Shown here piece after piece: positions 37,557-44,092 of a stretch of 44,092 nt of DNA. The stretch is from a virus (taxonomy: Duplodnaviria > Caudoviricetes). Each line of letters begins with the position of its first letter. The first letter of the stretch is position 1. The notes under the pieces were generated by a model, which had not been told where the DNA came from, ran no database searches, and worked only from the letters and a program-made list of their open reading frames with translations. The position numbers were made by a program, and so were the translations under genes. The stretch spans positions 1-44,092 of the IMG/VR virus record IMGVR_UViG_3300032288_004906. One strand, given 5' to 3'.

Positions 37557-37927
37557 AAGACATCCTGCAAGTTCTGCGAGACCTCCTAAAGCACCGCACG
37601 GAAGACATCGGCTGCTATGAGTTCGTCCTTGAGTCGTGGATCGAGTCTGCCGCCAACGAGATCGAGCGGCTGCGGAAGGTCGACCACGAGTTCCAGAAAA
37701 AACTGATGGACGGCGTGACGGACGTGTTCACCGGGAGACGGTGGATTCCGGTCAGCGAGCGGCTGCCACAAAGAGAGGGCGACTATGTCCTTGTCAGCAA
37801 CGGCGAGACCGTCGGGCTTGCGCACTATTCGCCCGCAATGGGTGGCATGTGGCGCCACGCAATTGGTAGGGATGGGTGGGAGATTACCCACTGGATGCCA
37901 CTGCCCGAGCCGCCGGAGGTGACGTGA
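37553..37927 (+). CDS. DUF551-like protein with N-terminal EIERLR helix
   Basis: AANEIERLR...WIPVSERLP...ITHWMPLPEPP. Confidence 0.8.
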   Translation: MKDILQVLRDLLKHRTEDIGCYEFVLESWIESAANEIERLRKVDHEFQKKLMDGVTDVFTGRRWIPVSERLPQREGDYVLVSNGETVGLAHYSPAMGGMWRHAIGRDGWEITHWMPLPEPPEVT

Positions 37928-38109
37928 TGCAAAAATTCTTCGCGTGGTCAGCCGTGATCGCCATCAAGACGTGCATCGTCTACGTCGCGATCGTCTACGG
38001 ACTCGGCATTCAGCCGCGATCGTGGCTGGTAATCTGCGCGGCGTGGCTGGCGAGTGCGACGCTAGCGGAGATGTTTCTGATGATGCGGGATGAGGAGAAG
38101 CGGCGATGA
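37927..38109 (+). CDS. Small two-TM membrane protein
   Basis: Two hydrophobic segments; overlapping start and stop. Confidence 0.5.
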   Translation: MQKFFAWSAVIAIKTCIVYVAIVYGLGIQPRSWLVICAAWLASATLAEMFLMMRDEEKRR

Positions 38110-38243
38110 CGTTCGATCTTGGTTTCCTCACGCTGCATCTCACGCTCACGGGCCAGAGCGACCCGTGGTACGGGCCGTTTGTTGTCGGGATTCCGCTTGG
38201 TCTGCTTGGCGTGTTTGTCTACTACTCGTTTTTTGACAGGTGA
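38106..38243 (+). CDS. Small membrane peptide (45 aa; not in ORF track)
   Basis: MTFDLGFLTL...FVVGIPLGLLGVFVYYSFFDR; ATGA overlap and GAGGAG upstream. Confidence 0.5.
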   Translation: MTFDLGFLTLHLTLTGQSDPWYGPFVVGIPLGLLGVFVYYSFFDR

Positions 38244-38247
38244 CGCG

Positions 38248-38868
38248 ATGGGTCTTACGCTAGACGACATTCGCAAGCAACGGGCCATGCTTGAGCGTTG
38301 CGATGAAATTCGCGAGGCGAAGCAGCAGCAGTCTGAGCGGCAGCGGCTACGCGACCACTTCGCCGCTGCGGCTTTGGCTGGGCTGTTGGCTGCGCCGACT
38401 GACAAGGATCGCTCAATGGACTACTGGGCGCGGCTGGCCTACGAGGCCGCCGACGCCATGCTCCGCGAGCGTGCCAGATCATATGAGCAAATCGACGAAA
38501 ATCGTGGAGTTTTCAATACGAATCTAGACGCCACGCCGGTGGCGAGAGCCCAATTGTCCAGCGGCGATCATGCGTCGTCTGGAGGCGGCAGCGACCGGAA
38601 CGATAAACCGGCACCGCGACCCGCTGTGGGCACCGGCGACATTCCAGATTCCAGAACGCGAGACATCGTCACGCGGCTGCGAAAATGGTGCCACGCCGTG
38701 GACGCCGAGTCTGCGCAAGACTTGATGGACGAGGCGGCGACAGAGATTGAGCGTCTGCGGATCAGGAGTCACGAACGCGAGGCCATCGCAGCAGCGGCAG
38801 AGTCGGTGAAATTCGATGACGATAGCAACTGGACGACGCTGCACGAATTGCTGGAGCGGACGAAGTGA
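38248..38868 (+). CDS. Modular hypothetical protein
   Basis: LRDHFAAAALAG...AYEAADAML; DIVTRLR; EIERLR; ends LLERTK. Confidence 0.7.
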   Translation: MGLTLDDIRKQRAMLERCDEIREAKQQQSERQRLRDHFAAAALAGLLAAPTDKDRSMDYWARLAYEAADAMLRERARSYEQIDENRGVFNTNLDATPVARAQLSSGDHASSGGGSDRNDKPAPRPAVGTGDIPDSRTRDIVTRLRKWCHAVDAESAQDLMDEAATEIERLRIRSHEREAIAAAAESVKFDDDSNWTTLHELLERTK

Positions 38869-38869
38869 A

Positions 38870-39064
38870 ATGAGCGACTACCAGATGACATGGGAACTGT
38901 CGCATGAGATCAAGCGACTGAAACAGGAGTGCGCCAGCCTGCGACTCACAAAATCAGAGCGATTTGTCTTGCAGGAGGTGCGAGACATCTACGCCGACGA
39001 GGACGATGTGAAGTGCAACGAGATAGCGGCGGTCATCGACGGGCTGCTGGAGCGGACGAAGTGA
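38870..39064 (+). CDS. Hypothetical protein (LLERTK family)
   Basis: EIKRLK...LRLTKSER...LLERTK. Confidence 0.6.
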   Translation: MSDYQMTWELSHEIKRLKQECASLRLTKSERFVLQEVRDIYADEDDVKCNEIAAVIDGLLERTK

Positions 39065-39213
39065 TGTTATCCGAAGCCGAGATTGACGCTCTGGAATATG
39101 TCGTGGAGGAAGGCCGCATCGCCTGCATGGAGGACTACGGCATCCTGCGGTCGCTGCTTTGCAGGGTGCGGCCGGAGTGGAAGACGGTGAAAAGCGAAGA
39201 AAGCGAGCGATGA
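39064..39213 (+). CDS. Hypothetical protein
   Basis: MLSEAEIDALE...ILRSLL; coupled start. Confidence 0.5.
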   Translation: MLSEAEIDALEYVVEEGRIACMEDYGILRSLLCRVRPEWKTVKSEESER

Positions 39214-39431
39214 AAGCGTTTCTGTTCGGTGCATATGTCGGGCTGACGGCGATGTGCGGCTATCTGCTGCACCGCATCTCGGTCGTTTCGCACCGCGTGG
39301 ATATGGTCATCATGGTGCAGCAAGGCACGAGCCATCAGTTGCGCGATCAGACAGAGTCGCTTATTCAGCATGAAACGCGACTCGACCAGTTGTGGGAGAA
39401 GGTGACCGGCGAGCCGCTGTTCAAAAAGTGA
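39210..39431 (+). CDS. Small protein with N-terminal TM segment
   Basis: MKAFLFGAYVGLTAMCGYLL; ATGA overlap. Confidence 0.5.
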   Translation: MKAFLFGAYVGLTAMCGYLLHRISVVSHRVDMVIMVQQGTSHQLRDQTESLIQHETRLDQLWEKVTGEPLFKK

Positions 39432-39520
39432 CCGTAGACTCGCTTGCCATGCGCAGGACGAGATCGCCCGTCGCAGGCAGGCCACGCTGCGGCGGGTGTA
39501 ATTCAAAGGAGGAATAAGTC

Positions 39521-39745
39521 ATGGACATCGTTGACCAGCTTCGTTCGCTGCCAGAGCCGCAGTGCAGGCCATGCAAGGCTGCGGCCGACGAGATAGAGCG
39601 GCTGCGAAATCAAGCCGAAAGCATGCGAGCGGTCATTTCCGCCGACCACCACCGGGCAGCGCCTGTCAGCGACCGCGAGATCAGGGAGTCCCACAGGCGG
39701 CTGATGGCGATGGGCGGCGTGCCGGGCAGGATATGGGAGGAATAG
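39521..39745 (+). CDS. Hypothetical protein (DIVxxLR / EIERLR family)
   Basis: Strong RBS AAGGAGG; MDIVDQLR...AADEIERLR. Confidence 0.65.
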   Translation: MDIVDQLRSLPEPQCRPCKAAADEIERLRNQAESMRAVISADHHRAAPVSDREIRESHRRLMAMGGVPGRIWEE

Positions 39746-39748
39746 TCG

Positions 39749-39943
39749 ATGTGGATTTCAGTAAGCGAAGACTTGCCAGATAAAAACACGGACGTTCTTG
39801 TTACTGACGGGAAGCGCTGTGACGTTGCTTCGTTTGTGGAGGGCTATATAGACGAGGTGCCACTACAGGAATGGGACGGAACGCCCATTGTGCCGACACA
39901 CTGGATGCGGCTGCCAAAGCCGCCAAAAGGAAAAGGAAAATGA
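39749..39943 (+). CDS. DUF551-like protein
   Basis: WISVSEDLP...PTHWMRLPKPP. Confidence 0.75.
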   Translation: MWISVSEDLPDKNTDVLVTDGKRCDVASFVEGYIDEVPLQEWDGTPIVPTHWMRLPKPPKGKGK

Positions 39944-40458
39944 AGCGAAACATTGGGGCCGAACTGGCCGCTCGCATGACGCATGTGAACGAGATGCTCG
40001 CCAACGGCGAAAGCGTTGAGGCTATCAACCGGGCCGACGTTGATAGCCCGCAGCCTTTCATCGCCGCATACGCGGTGTACCTCAACGGCGTCTACGACTC
40101 TTCATACGGCCCTGACGCGATTGACGAGGCGATGGAGATCGCCGCCGACTGCAACGGCGAGGTTATTCCGCTGTACCGTACACCGCAGACGCACGCTACA
40201 CCGAGCGAGGGTAGCGTGCAGAGTGAGGGCACAGTCGGCCCTGCTCCCGCCGAATGCTCACGCTCAGAGCGTGGGTCTGCTAGGCCCAGCGCCGACAGCG
40301 TAGGCGGGGCGGGGCCGACCAGTATGGCCGACATCGTCTACGAGTCTGCTGAGAATCTTCGCGCCGTGCGGGAGACGTTCGACCAGTGGTCGCGGGCGAC
40401 CGCCAGCGTGCTGTATCGGGCGGCAAGGCACATTGAGATTCTGGAGGACGCGACGTGA
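39940..40458 (+). CDS. Modular hypothetical protein
   Basis: ATGA-coupled start; AYAV...VIPLYRTPQ. Confidence 0.6.
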   Translation: MKRNIGAELAARMTHVNEMLANGESVEAINRADVDSPQPFIAAYAVYLNGVYDSSYGPDAIDEAMEIAADCNGEVIPLYRTPQTHATPSEGSVQSEGTVGPAPAECSRSERGSARPSADSVGGAGPTSMADIVYESAENLRAVRETFDQWSRATASVLYRAARHIEILEDAT

Positions 40459-40670
40459 GGGTGAAGTTGGAAGAATGGAAGCCGCCTCCGAAAACGAAAA
40501 TCCAGAGTTGGTTTGCATTCTGGCCTGTGACAATAGGTCTTGAGTGTCGGTGGCTGGAGATGGTGGCGGTTGAACGAGAGAGGTGGGAGTGGATTTCTGA
40601 TGGCACCAACACCACCTACTACTGGTATCGAAACGTGAGATTCCTAGACCCAGAGAGGGAGGTGGCGTGA
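40455..40670 (+). CDS. Trp-rich hypothetical protein
   Basis: WFAFWPVTIG...RWLE. Confidence 0.55.
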   Translation: MRVKLEEWKPPPKTKIQSWFAFWPVTIGLECRWLEMVAVERERWEWISDGTNTTYYWYRNVRFLDPEREVA

Positions 40671-41002
40671 TGGCATCTGACGACATTGTTATTCGTCTCC
40701 GCGAGCAAAGCGACGACGACAGTAGCCCTGAGACGCTGTGCTTGTACGCGGCAGACGAGATTGAGCGTCTGCGGTCACGGTGGATTCCTGTGGCAGAACG
40801 GCTGCCGGAAGAGGGCGTCATGGTTTTGGGATACGACAAGCAAGACGGCGTAACGCTGACGATCAACGCTGGAGTGTCAAAAAGCGGCCACAGGATTTGG
40901 TTTGGATGCAGCCCAGACGCCGGGGAGTACGAGGACGCAAAACGATACAGCGACCCGACGCATTGGATGCCGTTACCAGAACCGCCAGAGGTGCGACGAT
41001 GA
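40667..41002 (+). CDS. DUF551-like protein with DIVxRLR/EIERLR N-terminus
   Basis: DIVIRLR...AADEIERLR...WIPVAERLP...PTHWMPLPEPP. Confidence 0.8.
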   Translation: MMASDDIVIRLREQSDDDSSPETLCLYAADEIERLRSRWIPVAERLPEEGVMVLGYDKQDGVTLTINAGVSKSGHRIWFGCSPDAGEYEDAKRYSDPTHWMPLPEPPEVRR

Positions 41003-41418
41003 CTGACAACAGAAACCCCGCCGCATGGCTCGCCGTCGCCGCCGATGGCAGCGAAAACTCTGCCGTTTACGCGCTCAAGGAGCAGGCAGACGCAGCCGCC
41101 AGAGCGTGGGGGTGGATGATCGTCCCGCTTTATCCGTTTCCTGCACTGTGGCCGGAGGACGAGATCGCCATTGAAGCGGCGTGGGAGCGAACTGGCCTTG
41201 AGCCCACATGGCCCGCTGACGAGCCGCAGACAGGCGTCCGGTGCGCGAATGCGATGGCGGACGAGATTACTAGGCTGAGGCTCACAATTGCTGAGCATGA
41301 GGCGTTGAGGCATCTTTGCCACCACGCCAAGTGGTGCGACCAATGCGATGATTTAGATGCCGCAGAGGCATCGACAGTTGAAGGGTTTTTGAGGAGGCTG
41401 AGCGAACGCCATGAATGA
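40999..41418 (+). CDS. Modular hypothetical protein
   Basis: PAAWLAV...IVPLY...ADEITRLRLT. Confidence 0.6.
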   Translation: MTDNRNPAAWLAVAADGSENSAVYALKEQADAAARAWGWMIVPLYPFPALWPEDEIAIEAAWERTGLEPTWPADEPQTGVRCANAMADEITRLRLTIAEHEALRHLCHHAKWCDQCDDLDAAEASTVEGFLRRLSERHE

Positions 41419-41539
41419 CTCGCCGCCGCTGATATACGGCTGGACTTTAATTGCTGTTGTGCTTGGGCCAGTAGCGATTCTTGCGTTGGTTGCTTTTTTT
41501 GTAGAACGAAAAAACGCGCAGCGCATGCGGCGTGGCTAG
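41411..41539 (+). CDS. Small single-TM peptide (42 aa; not in ORF track)
   Basis: MNDSPPLIYGWTLIAVVLGPVAILALVAFFVERK. Confidence 0.45.
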   Translation: MNDSPPLIYGWTLIAVVLGPVAILALVAFFVERKNAQRMRRG

Positions 41540-41794
41540 CTGACCGATGAGGAACGGGAGGCTTTGATTGCAGCGATTCGCCTGCTTGAGCATTCGACTC
41601 TCGGCAGTGCAGATAGGACGCGGATTGGGCTTCTGTCGATTTACAGATCGTTGATGGAGTCCAATGGGCGTGCTCGCAGTCGGCCGCAGCCCACGCTCAC
41701 CGCTGAGGAGCGGGAGGCGATTGAGCGGGCCTCTCGGAACGGATGGGCATGTGACGGCGTAACGCTGCGGATGCTGCTGGAGCGGCTGGGCTAA
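41540..41794 (+). CDS. Hypothetical protein or remnant (LTxEEREA family); start uncertain (first start codon is TTG at 41564)
   Basis: LTDEEREAL...LTAEEREAI...LRMLLERLG. Confidence 0.45.
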   Translation: MTDEEREALIAAIRLLEHSTLGSADRTRIGLLSIYRSLMESNGRARSRPQPTLTAEEREAIERASRNGWACDGVTLRMLLERLG

Positions 41795-41814
41795 GAAAAC
41801 CGGAGAACGCCGAC

Positions 41815-42150
41815 ATGAGAATCATCGGGCTTGAACGGTTCCTTGCCATGCCAGAGGGCACCGTGTTTGCGAAGTACCGGCCGCAACTGTTTGGCGAGTT
41901 GTGCATCAAGGGAGAGTCGATACACGGTGCGAACGACTTCACGTTTTGGCCTCTGTGGGACATTGAGGCCGGAAACTCCGATGAGCACTACGAGCAACTC
42001 GCCGCCGCAGAGACGCAGGAAGCAGACATCCCGATCGACCTGCGGTGCGAGCAGCGGGACGGGTTCTTTGAGGCGGGCCAGTTGTTCGCGGTGTTTAGTA
42101 AGGACGAGGTGCGGCTCATTGCGGGATCGATGCTGGAGAGACTGAAATGA
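41815..42150 (+). CDS. Conserved phage hypothetical protein
   Basis: FLAMPEGTVFAKY...RDGFFE...FAVF. Confidence 0.65.
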   Translation: MRIIGLERFLAMPEGTVFAKYRPQLFGELCIKGESIHGANDFTFWPLWDIEAGNSDEHYEQLAAAETQEADIPIDLRCEQRDGFFEAGQLFAVFSKDEVRLIAGSMLERLK

Positions 42151-42395
42151 ACGACATCGTAGACCGACTCCGCACTGGAGCAGAGACTCGCCGCGTCTTG
42201 CGGGACGCAATCAATCCGCAGATGTACACACCTCACATTGATCTCATGGACGAGGCGGCAAACGAGATCGAACGGCTCCGGCTCACCGCAGCCGAGCGGG
42301 AGTCAATTGACGTCGCCGTTGAATACGTCGGATCGGCGTACGCGGTGGAGCGGCATGCGGAAGTGCTGCGCGATTTGCTGGAGCGGACGAAATGA
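42147..42395 (+). CDS. Hypothetical protein (DIVxRLR / EIERLR / LLERTK family)
   Basis: Contains all the shared array motifs. Confidence 0.65.
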   Translation: MNDIVDRLRTGAETRRVLRDAINPQMYTPHIDLMDEAANEIERLRLTAAERESIDVAVEYVGSAYAVERHAEVLRDLLERTK

Positions 42396-43414
42396 AACGA
42401 GCCCTCATCACCGGCATCACAGGACAGGACGGCTCCTACCTCGCCGAGTTCTTGCTCGCGAAAGGCTACGAGGTTCACGGCGTCGTCCGCCGGTCGAGCA
42501 ACTTCGGGACGTCTCGGATCGACCACCTCTACGACCGACTGAGGCTCCACTACGGCGACGTCTGCGACGGCACGTCGATGTCTCGTGTCGTCAGGAGCGT
42601 CGCCCCGGACGAGGTCTACAACCTCGCCGCCCAGTCTCACGTGAAGGTGTCCTTCGATCAGCCCGTCTACACGGCGGACGCCTCTGGGGTCGGCACCCTG
42701 CGAATGCTGGAGGCCGTCAGGGACGGTCAGGAGTCGTGCGGCAAGCAGATCCGGTTCTATCAGGCGTCGAGTTCGGAGATGTACGGCAAGGTCGTCGAGA
42801 CGCCGCAGACCGAGTCCACGCCGTTCTACCCACGGTCGCCCTACGGCTGCGCCAAGGTCTACAGCCACTGGATCACGGTGAACTACCGCGAGAGTTACGG
42901 ATTGCACGCCTCGTGCGGCATTCTCTTTAACCACGAAAGCCCACGACGTGGAGAGACGTTCGTCACCCGGAAGATCACCCGCGCCGCGACGCGGATCAAA
43001 CTCGGGCTCCAGAGCAAACTCCACCTCGGCAACCTGTCGGCCAAGCGGGACTGGGGATTCGCTGGCGACTACGTCGAGGCCATGTGGCTGATGCTCCAGC
43101 AAGACTCACCGGACGACTACGTCATCGCCACCGGCGAGACGCACACCGTTCAAGAATTTTGCCTCAAGGTTTTTGACCGCCTCGACCTGAACGCGGACGA
43201 CCACGTCGTCGTCGATCCTCGCTACTACCGCCCTGCCGAGGTCGATCTGCTGCTTGGATCCGCCGCCAAGGCCAAGTCTCGTCTGGGGTGGTCTCCACGG
43301 ACATCGTTCGACGGTCTGGTCGACATGATGGTCACGTCCGACCTGCTGCTGGCAGGGCGTGAAAAGATCATTGACGTGTCGGGTAGTACGGATATGCTGA
43401 CTCCCCGTCAGTAG
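42392..43414 (+). CDS. gmd: GDP-mannose 4,6-dehydratase
   Basis: [61 protein letters not shown]. Confidence 0.97.
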   Translation: MKRALITGITGQDGSYLAEFLLAKGYEVHGVVRRSSNFGTSRIDHLYDRLRLHYGDVCDGTSMSRVVRSVAPDEVYNLAAQSHVKVSFDQPVYTADASGVGTLRMLEAVRDGQESCGKQIRFYQASSSEMYGKVVETPQTESTPFYPRSPYGCAKVYSHWITVNYRESYGLHASCGILFNHESPRRGETFVTRKITRAATRIKLGLQSKLHLGNLSAKRDWGFAGDYVEAMWLMLQQDSPDDYVIATGETHTVQEFCLKVFDRLDLNADDHVVVDPRYYRPAEVDLLLGSAAKAKSRLGWSPRTSFDGLVDMMVTSDLLLAGREKIIDVSGSTDMLTPRQ

Positions 43415-43475
43415 CGAAGGACACGGTTACTTCACTGCAAATGAAAGAAACACCGTGTCCGCCTGTTCTCTGGCG
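43406..43475 (+). ncRNA. Putative Y-RNA-like structured RNA, unit 1
   Basis: Closing stem CGTCAG/CTGGCG, internal loop TAGCGAA/GCCTGTTCT, 9-bp stem GGACACGGT/ACCGTGTCC; upstream of the TROVE gene. Confidence 0.6.
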
Positions 43476-43483
43476 TTCAAATT

Positions 43484-43550
43484 CCGGCGTAGTGAAGGCT
43501 GCGGGTACTTCTTAGGGAGAGTTTGACCGCACGCCGCCTGTTCTCGCCGG
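43484..43550 (+). ncRNA. Putative Y-RNA-like structured RNA, unit 2
   Basis: Closing stem CCGGCG/CGCCGG, loop TAGTGAA/GCCTGTTCT, stem GGCTGCGG/CCGCAcGCC; same loops as unit 1 with different stems. Confidence 0.6.
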
Positions 43551-43574
43551 TTCTTTTCACGAAGGGAGTCGTCA

Positions 43575-44092
43575 ATGCGGGTCAACATCAGCCAGCGTCC
43601 GACCGTCACCACGCACGAGGGGGCCCCGGCACGAAGGCTCACCGTCGAGCAGCAACTCCGCCGCTCCGTGATGTCGTGCCTTCTCTGGGAGGACACGTTC
43701 TACGAGGACGGCACGTCGATCGCCGAACGCATCGCCTCTCTCTGCGAGGCCGTCAAGCCAGAGACGATCGCGGCTCTAGCGGTCGAGGCCCGCTCGCAGC
43801 ACCACCTGAGGCACGTTCCACTGCTGCTTCTCAAGGCTCTCGTGGGCTACGGATCCGGCAAGATGGTCGCCGACGCCAGCGAGGCGACGATCCAGAGGGC
43901 TGACGAACTGGCGGAGTTCCTCGCGATCTACTGGAAGGACGGACGGAAGCCGCTGTCGAACCCGATGAAAAAGGGCCTCGCCCGTGCCTTCCGGAAGTTC
44001 TCGCCGTACCAACTGTCCAAATACAACCGCGACGGTGCCGTGAAACTCAGGGACGTCCTCTTCCTCTGCCACGCCAAGCCGAAGGACGCCGA
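43575..44092 (+). CDS. TROVE-domain (Ro60/Rsr-like) RNA-binding protein, 3' truncated (not in ORF track)
   Basis: Manual translation: MRVNISQRPTVTTHEGAPA...LRRSVMSCLLWEDTFYEDG...LAVEAR...LRHVP...IQRADELAEFLA...KKGLARAF...YQLSKYNR...KLRDVLFLCHAKP; GGGAG RBS. Confidence 0.88.
   Translation, partial: MRVNISQRPTVTTHEGAPARRLTVEQQLRRSVMSCLLWEDTFYEDGTSIAERIASLCEAVKPETIAALAVEARSQHHLRHVPLLLLKALVGYGSGKMVADASEATIQRADELAEFLAIYWKDGRKPLSNPMKKGLARAFRKFSPYQLSKYNRDGAVKLRDVLFLCHAKPKDA

Noticed and set aside
43406-43550. Canonical tRNA-Cys gene
   Set aside because: An anticodon-like loop is present but I cannot fold a cloverleaf with D arm, T arm and acceptor stem
43523-43903. 126-aa plus-strand ORF from the track
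   Set aside because: Out-of-frame overlap with the TROVE reading frame starting at 43575

Overview
A high-GC fragment of a temperate, HK97-fold, long-tailed (siphovirus-like) phage or prophage. Gene order: terminase large subunit (partial), portal, giant cargo ORF, prohead protease, major capsid, neck and tail genes, tape measure, large tail protein, nucleotide-metabolism genes, tyrosine integrase, HTH genes, a histone-deacetylase-family gene, an array of small modular ORFs, gmd, two tandem structured RNAs and a TROVE/Ro60 gene cut by the window end. The standout is the head module (507-13096). The portal, a 1924-aa ORF, the prohead protease and a 242-aa ORF are polyproteins. Putative effector domains (GNAT-like, ADP-ribosyltransferase-like, HhH glycosylase-like, zincin, glycine-zipper) are separated by 11 copies of short two-cysteine tags. 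Most tags follow an E-x-R|A/S site like the ESR|A at the predicted capsid maturation site. I infer a protease-processed capsid cargo-loading system, with candidate inhibitor peptides including one overprinted ORF. All family assignments come from motif recognition by eye; no searches were run.
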